NCBI RefSeq assembly: GCF_031769215.1
Contig: NW_026782082.1
Coordinates: 868,001-932,000, forward strand
Reading direction: 5' to 3'
Source of the DNA: Ylistrum balloti
Taxonomy: Eukaryota
Length of the DNA stretch: 64,000 nt
Positions 40,691 through 53,403 of the stretch are shown piece by piece (within the stretch, counting starts at the first letter, position 1; every line of letters starts with the position of its first letter). The position numbers were made by a program, and so were the translations under genes. The notes beneath the pieces were generated by a model. The model was given only the letters and a program-made list of their open reading frames with translations, made no database searches and was not told the DNA's origin.

Positions 40691-41344
40691 NNNNNNNNNN
40701 NNNNNNNNNNNNNNNNNNNNNNNNNNNNNNNNNNNNNNNNNNNNNNNNNNNNNNNNNNNNNNNNNNNNNNNNNNNNNNNNNNNNNNNNNNNNNNNNNNNN
40801 NNNNNNNNNNNNNNNNNNNNNNNNNNNNNNNNNNNNNNNNNNNNNNNNNNNNNNNNNNNNNNNNNNNNNNNNNNNNNNNNNNNNNNNNNNNNNNNNNNNN
40901 NNNNNNNNNNNNNNNNNNNNNNNNNNNNNNNNNNNNNNNNNNNNNNNNNNNNNNNNNNNNNNNNNNNNNNNNNNNNNNNNNNNNNNNNNNNNNNNNNNNN
41001 NNNNNNNNNNNNNNNNNNNNNNNNNNNNNNNNNNNNNNNNNNNNNNNNNNNNNNNNNNNNNNNNNNNNNNNNNNNNNNNNNNNNNNNNNNNNNNNNNNNN
41101 NNNNNNNNNNNNNNNNNNNNNNNNNNNNNNNNNNNNNNNNNNNNNNNNNNNNNNNNNNNNNNNNNNNNNNNNNNNNNNNNNNNNNNNNNNNNNNNNNNNN
41201 NNNNNNNNNNNNNNNNNNNNNNNNNNNNNNNNNNNNNNNNNNNNNNNNNNNNNNNNNNNNNNNNNNNNNNNNNNNNNNNNNNNNNNNNNNNNNNNNNNNN
41301 NNNNNNNNNNNNNNNNNNNNNNNNNNNNNNNNNNNNNNNNNNNN
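40691..41344. other. Assembly gap (654 N)
   Basis: N run. Confidence 0.95.
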
Positions 41345-43654
41345 GCTTGATATAGGACACGTCGATCGTCAAAAATAACACACCAAGTTAACGACATAAA
41401 AACACACAAACATACCTCACAACTGCGTTAAAAAAACGTACAAAAATTTATCACAATTTGTGCAATGTGTATATGTGGATTAACGTTACAGGTCCCGCCG
41501 TGTAATGGCCTTGGACCACGTTTTACGCACGCGAAGTATCGCGAGTTGCGCCGTAAGATGGGCGATGGCTTCATTTGATTACACGCGCGATGTCGTCAAA
41601 TGTCGTTATCAACCAACGGTCGTTGCTTTAAGATTCACGACAATATGTCCTTGCAATATTTCATGCACAATTTTACGCTGAATTGGAAATCTAGAATTGC
41701 ATGTTCTACACGGGAGCGCGTGTGTTGGTACTTAGCGTGCCAATAAAATGCACATCCTACACAGGGTACAGAAAACTGATAGCCATGTGGTAAAATTAAG
41801 CACGCTTGGAAATATTACGAGGATAACAAAGACCAAATGTCCTATTTTTGTCGTAGTTTGTAACCGTCCTATCCAGGTTCGTACAGATATCGACAGAAAT
41901 TAGAGTAGAACTCGCGTACATGTAGTCATACGCACCATTTTGTTCGCTACAAATTCATTCAGAAAATGGTTATCTTTATAATATTTTATTATTTGTTAAA
42001 ACTAGCTGATAAGTTTCTTTTTTAACGGTCTGATATCTTTCGTATTCTGCTTAAAAGATATGAAATATTTATAACAAACATTTGACAGAACATTTAAGTA
42101 GTAAAATGAATAGTCACTTTCTATGAAATCAACTTGGTCTATTATTATGAAACACATCTGCAGATTTAAACTTTTTCCACGAAAAAGTAGTAAGTTTTTT
42201 AATAAAAAAATCTCAGTCATATTAACAATTTCAATGATAAAATTAACCCCGTTTGTAAATCGGATAAAATCTTTCTAGTATGGAGGAAAAGGTCAGTAAA
42301 ACGATAATCAAAATTAATTAATTCAGGTCAAAAGGTCAAACACTTCTTTGTTAATTGGTGTGATTTAACAAACCTTTTTAGTCTGAATTAATTAATTAAA
42401 CAAGGCGTTCCTATATGAAAGAGATAATCTGTTTTGTTATAAATAATGTTTGTTTATCAGCGACAATTTTATGCTAGACCTAATTAATACATATCTTTGT
42501 AAAAAGTGATTTTGTAACTTAAGTGTGAAGTTTTAATTCGTACAAATTGTTCTTCGGTTCAGAATATACACAGGTGTTTTACGTTGTTCTAACATTGTGT
42601 TAGTAAACCTACCTACCTACCTTGTTTTTTAAATTTCTTTCGGTCAATTTTTATTTTCCACAGTCGTAATTTTCACTGTATATATTTTGTTATTTTCATA
42701 ACTTAAGTCATCACATCCATGACGAATCCTAAAAGATGAAACAAGTTAGTTCATTTTTTTCATAATTTGACTCTATTTATATAATTCTTAATTTGCAGTG
42801 TCAGGAGATATTCACGTGCGTGTGTGTGTTGCAAAATTGTTAAACAATAGCTACGTGCGATGTATCAGTAAGCTAATGATGTGATTTACAGAATTTAGAA
42901 AGTTACCACATCATTCACAGAGCCATGAATATGCTAATTATTAAAAGTCATACTGAAGACATTACAGATAGCAGCGAAATCAGAAATGATTTTCATAAAA
43001 CTTCGTTATTTTTATACTGCCTTTAAAAATATCAGGAAAATTGAAATCACGTAACCGCATACGGGAACCACGTGTCTAACAGAAGAAAACGTCATAAATG
43101 TTATTATAATCACTTCTAATGTTCTGTAGTTAATGGTAATTGATATTTTCTTGTATATTTTAAATATTTTATCAAAAACCAGTTTGCCACTAGCACCAGT
43201 GACGAGACCTGGAAGGACGAAACAGCTAAATGACGCAGTTTAATTTATAATTCTAAATCTGTGCTGAAACGTTATTTTTACACTTGTCTTTTGTAGAGTC
43301 TTTAAGAGAAAGAAAATGATAAACAAAACGTATAAAGTTTGTTTATTTATTTACATGAACACAGTACCAGTAAAATGAATATATGACGTGCATTTGCACG
43401 CACAACGCGTAAGGAACGACACCATACTGAATGCACATGTTCTGTCGCTCAAAGAAGTATAATTAAATGTGAAACTAGAGATAAATCTGACGTTCTCCCT
43501 CATCAATGACCTGAATACCATCTTCATCAACATGTCGGGTCACCGACGTCGGCAGCTGTTGATTTTTATTATCGTCTACCAAATGTCGTGTTACGTAGTA
43601 GTAGTAAGTTGTATCGCTATTATATTGATAATACGCTATGACAAAATCGCTTAC

Positions 43655-45320
43655 ACCTTAAATAGATGTACTAAGTTATAGTGTTAACAAAAGGTGTACT
43701 TAGTTATAGTGTTAACAAAAGGTGTACTTAGTTATAGTATTAACAAAAGGTGTACTTAGTTATAGTGTTAACAAAGGTGTACTTAGTTATAGTGTTAACA
43801 AAGGTGTACTTACTTATAGTGTTAACAAAAGTGTACATAGTTATAGTGTTAACAAAAGGTGAACTTAGTTATAGTGTTAACAAAAGGTGTACTTAGTTAT
43901 AGTGTTAACAAAAGGTGTACTTAGTTATAGTGTTAACAAAGGTGAACTTAGTTAAAGTGTTAACAAAAGGTGTACTTAGTTATAGTGTTAACAAAAGTGT
44001 ACTTAGTTATAGTGTTAACAAAAGGTGTACTTAGTTATAGTGTTAACAAAGGTGAACTTATTTATAATGTTTACAAAGGTGAACTTAGTTATAGTGTTAA
44101 CAAAAGGTGTACTTAGTTATAGTGTTAACAAAGGTGAACTTAGTTATAGTATTAACAAAAGGTGTACTTAGTTATAGTGTTAACAAAAGGTGTACTTAGT
44201 TATAGTGTTAACAAAAGGTGTACTTAGTTATAGTGTTAACAAAAGGTGTACTTAGTTATAGTGTTAACAAAGGTGAACTTAGTTAAAGTGTTAACAAAAG
44301 GTGTACTTAGCTATAGTGTTAACAAAAGGTGTACTTATTTATAGTGTTAACAAAAGGTGTACTTAGTTATAGTGTTAACAAAAGGTGTACTTAGTTATAG
44401 TGTTAACAAAAGGTGTACTTAGTTATAGTGTTAACAAAAGTGTACTTAGCTATAGTGTTAACAAAGGTAAACTTAGCTATAGTGTTAACAAAAGGTGTAC
44501 TTAGTTATAGTGTTAACAAAAGGTGTACTTAGTTATAGTGTTAACAAAAGGTGTACTTAGTTATAGTGTTAACAAAAGTGTACTTAGTTATAGTGTTAAC
44601 AAAAGGTGTACTTAGTTATAGTGTTAACAAAAGGTGTACTAAGTTATAATGTTAACAATGGTGTACTTAGCTATAGTGTTAACAAAGGTGAACTTATTTA
44701 TAATGTTTACAAAGGTGAACTTAGTTATAGTGTTAACAAAAGGTGTACTTAGTTATAGTGTTAACAAAGGTGAACTTAGTTATAGTGTTAACAAAGGTGA
44801 ACTTATTTATAATGTTTACAAAGGTGAACTTAGTTATAGTGTTAACAAAAGGTGTATTTAGTTATAGTGTTAACAAAGGTGAACTTAGTTATAGTATTAA
44901 CAAAAGGTGTACTTAGTTATAGTGTTAACAAAAGGTGTACTTAGTTATAGTGTTAACAAAAGGTGTACTTAGTTATAGTGTTAACAAAAGGTGTACTTAG
45001 TTATAGTGTTAACAAAGGTGAACTTAGTTATAGTGTTAACAAAAGATGAACTTAGTTATAGTGTTAACAAAGGTGAACTTAGTTAAAGTGTTAACAAAAG
45101 GTGTACTTAGCTATAGTGTTAACAAAAGGTGAACTTAGTTATAGTGTTAACAAAAGGTGTACTTAGTTATAGTGTTAACAAAAGGTGAACTTAGTTATAG
45201 TGTTAACAAAAGGTGTACTTAGTTATAGTGTTAACAAAAGTGAACTTAGTTATAGTGTTAACAAAAGGTGAACTTAGTTATAGTGTTAACAAAAGGTGTA
45301 CTTAGTTATAGTGTTAACAT
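43655..45320. repeat. 28-bp (27-bp variants) minisatellite, ~60 copies
   Basis: Unit ttaacaaaaggtgtacttagttatagtg. Confidence 0.98.
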
Positions 45321-45912
45321 ATAATGACAAAATCGCCTACAACTAAGCACGGAGCTGCACTATTTCAAATGATATCAAACAACGACAAAATCTTCTCTGA
45401 TACCACACTATATGCTGTTACACATGATACCACAGTGTTAGCACAAAGTTAGCATTCTAAACATCACATACGAAGAAAATAAACACACAAATATATCTCA
45501 CAAGGCCACGGCGGTTACAAATAAAGACCAACCATTAAATTGAATTTTGGGTGATAGCATCATTTTTTTATTGTTTCATTCCGATATACACAGAACAAGA
45601 TACGTTACCGCCATCATTACTTACTACCTTTCAAAGTTACCCTCCCTCATCAATCTCCTTTACACAGAAGTACACTGTAATTTGCTCCTTGTAACTTCTT
45701 CGGCTGTAATTTGAAATATTCATTTTCAAGTTCAGTTTTTTATCAAACAGCAGATTTTATGAGAGATGAAAAGAGGCGTGCCTTATCTACTCAAAAAGAA
45801 ATTATCTATGCTTCAGTGGGTAAAAAAAACTTTCAACTTCCCGGCAAGACAATTTCAAGCATTCATAGCAATTTTCTTTTCTTGAAATGAAAAAAGTCAA
45901 AGTTCCTAACAG

Positions 45913-46033
45913 ATGGAAAATAATTTTCAAATCTCCCAAAGTCAAACCAGAGCTTAGTGTGGATGGAGGAAAGTGTGATATCATCGATGCGCCCCGCGAG
46001 AACAAATCGTCCGCGTCAAGAAAAAGCTTGTAG
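45913..46033 (+). CDS. Candidate terminal coding exon (WKIIFKSPKVKPELSVDGGKCDIIDAPRENKSSASRKSL*)
   Basis: gttcctaacag acceptor, single open frame ending in TAG; no homology recognised. Confidence 0.15.
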
Positions 46034-46195
46034 GTAACTTATCACTCATTGTTGTTTTATCATTTCAAGCGTTATAAATCACCTTGATGATAAACGGAAT
46101 GACTTATTCATATACAAGTTATAACGAGCGTACTGGTCCTCCTCCCACGATCTCTACTATTTTCGCTTCCAAACAAACCGTACACACATACTTAC

Positions 46196-46231
46196 TCATA
46201 TCATATATATCCACTGGTACGGAATTTTCGA
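46196..46231 (-). CDS. Candidate 36-nt symmetric (phase 1-1) microexon, xENSVPVDIYDMx
   Basis: Acceptor gcttttcttttacacgtag, perfect donor gtaagt, single open frame. Confidence 0.25.
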   Translation of the reverse strand, partial: SKIPYQWIYMI

Positions 46232-46769
46232 CTACGTGTAAAAGAAAAGCTAAATTATGTTCCCGTCATTTCACAGATATTCGCGTGTAGGAAAATAGTA
46301 TTCGATATAAATTAAGCCGTGGCGTGTTAGATGTTTTAATTTAATCGCAGTCTGCAGCATAATTAAGACAAAAGATACTTTGTATATTTATAAGTCAATA
46401 CTAGAATATCTTTCTCCGGTTAATAGAACCCAAAAGATTGTACAAAAGTGAATAGCACCTTTAGATAATTCAGAGTTAGATAAAGTAGAGCCAAACAATG
46501 AATTAAACTGCATCATACAGCTGTTTCATCCTTCAAGGACTTGTCAGTGGTACTGAGGGTCTAAATCGTATAGATATAGTAGTTGATTGAGGAAATTCCA
46601 AAGTGGTCGAAATAAAAACATACATCACTACCTTTCTGAGATGGAAATCCCGACTGCCTCGGATGTCAGTGTCCATTACGGGAAAAACATGAAATAGACT
46701 CTGAAACGTTTTCTGTAGTCTATGAAAAATTGCAAAGTACACATCAACCCCGGAACGTAAAAAATAGAA

Positions 46770-46992
46770 ATATTTAGGTAACACGTCTACCCGAAAACGT
46801 TAAACTCAATGGTCGATTTTACAAACCATATTTAGGGAACACGTCTACCCCGAAACGTTAAACTCAATGGTCGATTTTACAAACCCTATTTAGGGTACAC
46901 GTCTACCCTAAAACGTTAAACTCTATGGTCGATTTTTCAAACCATATTTAGGGAACACATCTCTCCCGGAACGTCAAACTGTGGTCGATTTA
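46770..46992. repeat. 58-bp tandem repeat, ~3.8 copies
   Basis: tatttagg at 46771, 46829, 46887 and 46945. Confidence 0.95.
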
Positions 46993-49057
46993 GCGATTTA
47001 AAATAAGGTACACAGCAAACATCAATCTCCTCTCAGAGTGCTCGTTATCGCGGATGGCTTACCTGATAGATGCACTCTTAGTTCTGAGGAATTCGTTTTC
47101 TTACACGTGAAATACATTCATTTTCTATAATTGGGCTGCAATCAGGAACGATGTTAGTGAGGCGAAGTAATCTAGTTTGCTATGTTTCTCTCGACGCGAT
47201 AATGGCGGTCGTTTTTAGACAGGGTATATTTCAGTAAATGATTAAATTCTAAGTTCTCATTAAAATTATGAAATATAGAAATAAGTGTCAGAGATAAGAG
47301 CGGAAGAAAAACAATCTGAAATTATTAAACACCTGTAGTATTATCTACACAGGCTGATGATAAATGTGAATGTTCCGATACTTCAAACCAATATAACGTC
47401 ACATAAAATCATAGTGTAGATGGCGAGGTTTGGAGTGTAAAAAATGTAAAAAGTGTAAAAATACCAGCATGTGAATTACATTTACATAAAACATAATTTG
47501 TATTAATGAATGACTTGTATGTTACAGAGTGTGTAAAGTTGCTTTTATCAGCTGTTTTATCTCTCCGGGAACGTCCACTGATGTATATGTATTTATTCGA
47601 TTTTTGTCAGTAAAAATGGAAACTTATCAATTTGACAAAAAGTCATATCATCACTAGCTATGATACAAGATATCGTATATCATTAAAGGTGTAATGATAT
47701 CACTTTTCCAGTGATGATATAACTTTCGTAGTTTTGAAAATACCGGACAGCGGTGTTTTCTAGTCACTGTATTGAAATTCGCCGATTTATCTGTTCGTGA
47801 ACAAATGAAGCCATTGTTGAATGAGTTGGTTTTCCACCAAAAACTCCCGTTGTACATTTCTGTTTCTTTTTTTCAGATATTATGAATGAAACAATTTTGT
47901 AAGCGATTCTTACCAGATCAAAGTATAAAATGTTAAAATAAATCTCTGCCAGAGTTGTCGTTCCTTAACAGTCGGAATACAGTTCGTAGTGTGTATGAAC
48001 GGGGCTTGTAACAATTCTAGATGAGGGCTGGTATGGTGTACTATCACAAGGGGAATGAATGCTTGTACGATATACTATAACTAGAAAAGGGGGCCGACGA
48101 AATACCAGATAGGAATTCACCACCACGAGTAAAGTACCTACAGGGCACGAAACAAAACGACGAACAACACACGACAAAACAACAGATACAGATCAGTCCA
48201 CAAACGTGTTTTTCCTTAACATGTCCTTTTTATAAAGTAAATCGTCAACTCTCAATTTTCCAAAGAATGTTGTGTAAACTTCCTTACAGCTGTCAACGTG
48301 TAAACTGACAATAAATTGAAAGAGTCCTTTCATTGCCCTCAATAAAAGATAAACATCATTGACCATCATTTTTATTATGTTAATACTCCTAATGGGGTTT
48401 GACTAATTGATATAACTATTAAGTCAGTAAAAGTGGCAGCACTTTCTGTCTATATGACCGATATTACACTGTAATTAACGCTTGAAATGTAATTAGGTAT
48501 CCAAATGATTGACAGGTGCGCGTTGAGGTATATACCCTTCTTACCAACCCTCGTGCTGCTCATTATGCAGGCATCATTATATATAGTTGTTCTGCTTAAT
48601 TGGCTCAATTAAAATACTTGTCATGTCCCTGTAAAGTCTTTAACTTGGCAGTATCGGTATTTTAGTTTCAGCTTATTTATGTACTTCGATCTACACTATG
48701 CTGCTTTTTTTTATATATATCACAAAGTTTTGTTTTAGTAGAAAAATAACATTGAAGGGATTGTATTGATTTCTGAAAAAACTAATTATGAATAATTGTG
48801 TATAAATTGACAGAGAAACATGTAAAAAAAATCCAAACTTCTGTAAATATGTTACAATGTATGATTAACTTGTAGAGGTAAGTATTCACATTTAGGATCA
48901 TATCTACTATAAACGAAAATATTTTTGTGAGTACCTTTTTTGAGCGTTTTTTTTTTCGCTAAAGATCATTGCGCTTATTGCAGTTTCTGCATGTCTTTAA
49001 GACAGAACAAGTTCATCAGTACTTGTTCACAAATTATGTTGAGTTAAAGTTTAAGAT

Positions 49058-49266
49058 AAACAAATAAATAAACATTAAAAATAATTGCGAAACAAGTTGT
49101 TCAAACTTATATTAAACACTCTATTTGCCCAAAATGGAAGCGCGCGACGGGTCCTACTGCAAGAGGAAACCGGAGTACCCAGAGAAAAAACCTACGGGTT
49201 GGTCAGGAAATCGAACTCCAGACGTCTCAATGAAAGGCGAGTGCGTTACCACTGCGTCATCGAACC
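49058..49266 (-). mobile_element. tRNA-derived V-type SINE, near full length
   Basis: Minus strand: A-box tgacgcagtgg, B-box gagttcgatttcc, V-core ctctgggtactccggtttcctc, A/T-rich simple tail. Confidence 0.8.
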
Positions 49267-49717
49267 TTTCAGATTGACACACGATTTTTCGACGAAACTC
49301 TTTCTGATTCGGTATATTTCCGTTACGTCAGCTCAGTATCATCACTGGAAATGATACACTTAAAAAGTAGGTATATTTTGTTATAAGGGGTGAAACCTTA
49401 GTATGTTGGAATCAATCTCACGGCCATAACAAAAAGAATCGGTTGGATAAACTGAGGATATATATAGATTATTACATAGGCAGTAAATATGACCATTTAA
49501 GGTCCGAGCGTAAAATACAGAACAGATGACTTTAGTGAGTACTGGAAAGTCATTCCCTGTGAGACAAGGGATGAATTCACATGCCACAAAACGAAGTTGT
49601 AATGGTAGAAAAGGAGAAATAAGGCTTCCGAACATAGTCGTCGCGTATCATTGTGTAATGAGGACAATGGTGGATATTATGGACTTCCTGCAAGGAAACA
49701 TTACATCATGGGAGACC

Positions 49718-52367
49718 TGAAGACAAGGAAAAAAGGTCTTGAATCTACTAGACAAGGGACAAGGCCTGGAATCCAATAGACAATGGACAAGGCCTTGAAT
49801 CTACTAGACAAGGGACAAGGCCTTTAATCTACTAGACAAGGGACAAGGCCTTGAATCTACTAGACAAGGGACAAGGCATTGAATCTACTAGACAAGGGAC
49901 AAGGCCTTGAATCTACTAGACAAGGGACAAGGCCTTGAATCTAATAGACAATGGACAAGGCCTTGAATCTACTAGACAAGGGACAAGGCCTTTAATCTAC
50001 TAGACAAGGGACAAGGCCTTGAATCTACTAGACAAGGGACAAGGCATTGAATCTACTAGACAAGGGACAAGGCCTTGAATCTACTAGACAAGGGACAAGG
50101 CCTTGAATCTAATAGACAATGGAAAAGGCCTGGAATCTACTAGACAAGGAACAAGGCCTGGAATCTATTAGACAAGGACAAGGCCTTGAATCTAATAGAC
50201 AATGGACAAGGCCTGGAATCTACTAGACAAGGAACAAGGCCTGGAATCTATTAGACAAGGGACAAGGCCTTTAATCTACTAGACAAGGGACAAGGCCTTG
50301 AATCTACTAGACAAGGAACAAGGTCTGGAATCTACTAGACAAGGAACAAGGCCTTTAATCTACTAGACAAGGAACAAGGCCTTGAATCTACTAGACATGA
50401 AATAGGGCCTTGAATCTACTAGACAAGGGACAAGGCCTTGAATCTACTAGACAAGGGACAAGGCCTTTAATCTACTAGACAAGGGACAAGGCCTTGAATC
50501 TACTAGACAAGGGACAAGGCATTGAATCTACTAGACAAGGGACAAGGCCTTGAATCTACTAGACAAGGGACAAGGCCTGGAATCTAATAGACAATGGACA
50601 AGGCCTTGAATCTACTAGACAAGGGACAAGGCCTTTAATCTACTAGACAAGGGACAAGGCCTTGAATCTACTAGACAAGGGACAAGGCATTGAATCTACT
50701 AGACAAGGGACAAGGCCTTGAATCTACTAGACAAGGGACAAGGCCTTGAATCTACTAGACAAGGAACAAGGCCTGGAATCTACTAGACAAGGAACAAGGC
50801 CTGGAATCTATTAGACAAGGACAAGGCCTTGAATCTAATAGACAATGGACAAGGCCTGGAATCTACTAGACAAGGAACAAGGCCTGGAATCTATTAGACA
50901 AGGGACAAGGCCTTTAATCTACTAGACAAGGGACAAGGCCTTGAATCTACTAGACAAGGAACAAGGTCTGGAATCTACTAGACAAGGAACAAGGCCTTTA
51001 ATCTACTAGACAAGGAACAAGGCCTTGAATCTACTAGACAAGGAATAGGGCCTTGAATCTACTAGACATGAAATAGGGCCTTGAATCTACTAGACCAGGA
51101 ACAAGGCCTTGAATCTACTAGACAAGGAACAAGACCTGGTATCTAATAGACAAGGAACAAGGCATTGAATCTACTAGACAAAGGACAAGGCCTGGAATCT
51201 ACTAGACAAGGAACAAGGCATTGAATCCACTAGACAAGGAACAAGGCCTTGAATCTACTAGACAAGGAACAAGGCATTGAATCTACTAGACAAGGAACAA
51301 GGCCTGTAATCTACTAGACAAGGGACAAGGCCTTGAATCTACTAGACAAGGAACAAGGCCTTGAATCTACTAGACAAGGAACAAGGCCTTGAATCTACGT
51401 AACAAGAGACAAGGCCTTGAATCTACTAAACAAGGAACAAGGCCTTGAATCTACTAGACAAGGAACAAGGCCTTGAATCTACTAGACAAGGGACAAGGCC
51501 TTGAATCTACTAGACAAGAAACAAGGCCTTGAATCTATTAGACAAGGGACAAGGCCTTGAATCTACGTAACAAGGGACAAGGCCTGGAATCTACTAGACA
51601 AGGAACAAGGTCTGGAATCTACTAGACAAGGGATAAGGCCTTGAATCTACTAGACAAGGAACAAGGCCTTGAATCTATTAGACAAGGGACAAGGCCTTGA
51701 ATCTACTAGACAATGGACAAGGCCTGGAATCTACTAGACAAGGAACAAGGCCTGGAATCTACTAGACAAGGAACAAGGTCTGGAATCTACTAGACAAGGA
51801 ATAGGGCCTTGAATCTACTAGACATGAAATAGGGCCTTGAATCTACTAGACCAGGAACAAGGCCTTGAATCTACTAGACAAGGAACAAGGCCTTGAATCT
51901 ACTAGACAAGGAACAAGGCCTTGAATCTACTAGACAAGGGACAAGGCCTTGAATCTACTAGACAATGGACAAGGCCTGGAATCTACTAGACAAGGGACAA
52001 GGCCTTGAATCTACTAGACAAGGAACAAGGCCTTGAATCTACGTAACAAGGGACAAGGCCTGGAATCTACTAGACAAGGAACAAGGTCTGGAATCTACTA
52101 GACAAGGGACAAGGCCTTGAATCTACTAGACAATGGACAAGGCCTGGAATCTACTAGACAAGGAACAAGGTCTGGAATCTACTAGACAAGGAACAAGGCC
52201 TTGAATCTACTAGACAATGGACAAGGCCTGTAATCTACTAGACAAGGAACAAGGCCTTGAATCTACTAGACAAGGAACAAGGCCTGTAATCTACTAGACA
52301 AGGAACAAGGCGGCCTTGAATCTACTAGACAGGGACAAGGCCTTGAATCTGCTAGACAAGGGACAAA
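49718..52367. repeat. 28-bp minisatellite, ~94 copies
   Basis: Unit ttgaatctactagacaagggacaaggcc; degenerate edge copies at ~49560-49720 and ~52370-52470. Confidence 0.98.
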
Positions 52368-52467
52368 TTCTGATGTATGCATATATGGAATGAGGCCTTT
52401 ACAATGTGAGACAAAGAGTGTTTGCTTCGCTAAATTAATGACAATGGCCTTTATTATGGGGACAATA

Positions 52468-52650
52468 AACAATGCTGTAACTTTACAGACAACACACTAG
52501 GCGGTCATTATTTTGCTGTAACTTTACAAATTAAGAACTGGACGGTCACTGTCTTTAACAAGAAACAATGCTGTAACTTTGGTGACTTTGCTGTAACAAA
52601 TAACCAACAAGGCGGCAACTCTCTTGAACAAGAAACAATGCTGTAACCGT
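52468..52650. repeat. Irregular degenerate repeat of (aacaat)gctgtaac, 5 copies
   Basis: gctgtaac occurs 5 times; aacaagaaacaatgctgtaac twice. Confidence 0.7.
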
Positions 52651-53403
52651 ATTAGACGTTGATATAGAATGTTTTCGATGCAGATTGACAAACGTTGGTT
52701 ATGTAGTCTACCGATGAACTACACATATTTTGTGATGACAAATATGTTCAGATAGCTATACAGCCCAGAAGGTCGTCTAGTATTACAGATCATCAACACC
52801 CTCCATCTGAGTGCATGGGACCCAATGTACGCTTTATTGACGAGAGAAAATGTAAATATAAACAATCTACATGGTATATCATTTCACGGGTAATACCTCT
52901 TAATAGTAAACAGGAAGGAAACGGTTCACATGAACAGTCTTAAGGTAACGCAATTTAGCTCGCGCTCATTATGACTTGTGGATGTCGGGACGTCAGATTG
53001 TCTTATTTATCCTGATCGTAAATACTGATATTTCATCATAAATAATCCTCATTTTAATATAAATAACGGCTTATTGCGTAAACACGGGTTACATGTACAT
53101 CGTACAGTATACATTGAGGAACTCTGAAGGGTGCGTCGATCGTTCTCTAATAGGACTGCTATGCTTTTAAGCTGCAATTAGTGCATTGACATACACAACT
53201 TAAGACTATCTCTAAAGTGCCGATGTTCCTTAAATGTGTTTGTGTTGTTTTTCTTTTGCCTAAAGCAAATCTGTTTCAAGAAACCATTGATCTTATTTAG
53301 GATCAGTGACGTGTTATAGTCAAGTACATATACATGTATCGACCAACAAGGATGACCAGCAATACTGTCAAAACTTTGGAACTTTGGTATTGCTATAGTT
53401 TAC

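Noticed and set aside
49190-49266. Possible tRNA gene
   Set aside because: A/B boxes are followed by a V-core and tail and no cloverleaf is evident; it is a SINE head.
49500-49600. C-type-lectin-like WKVIPCETRDEFTC (W-x4-C-x7-C)
   Set aside because: Overlaps degenerate edge copies of the 28-bp array (gagacaaggga), has a weak acceptor, and no upstream CTLD exon was found.
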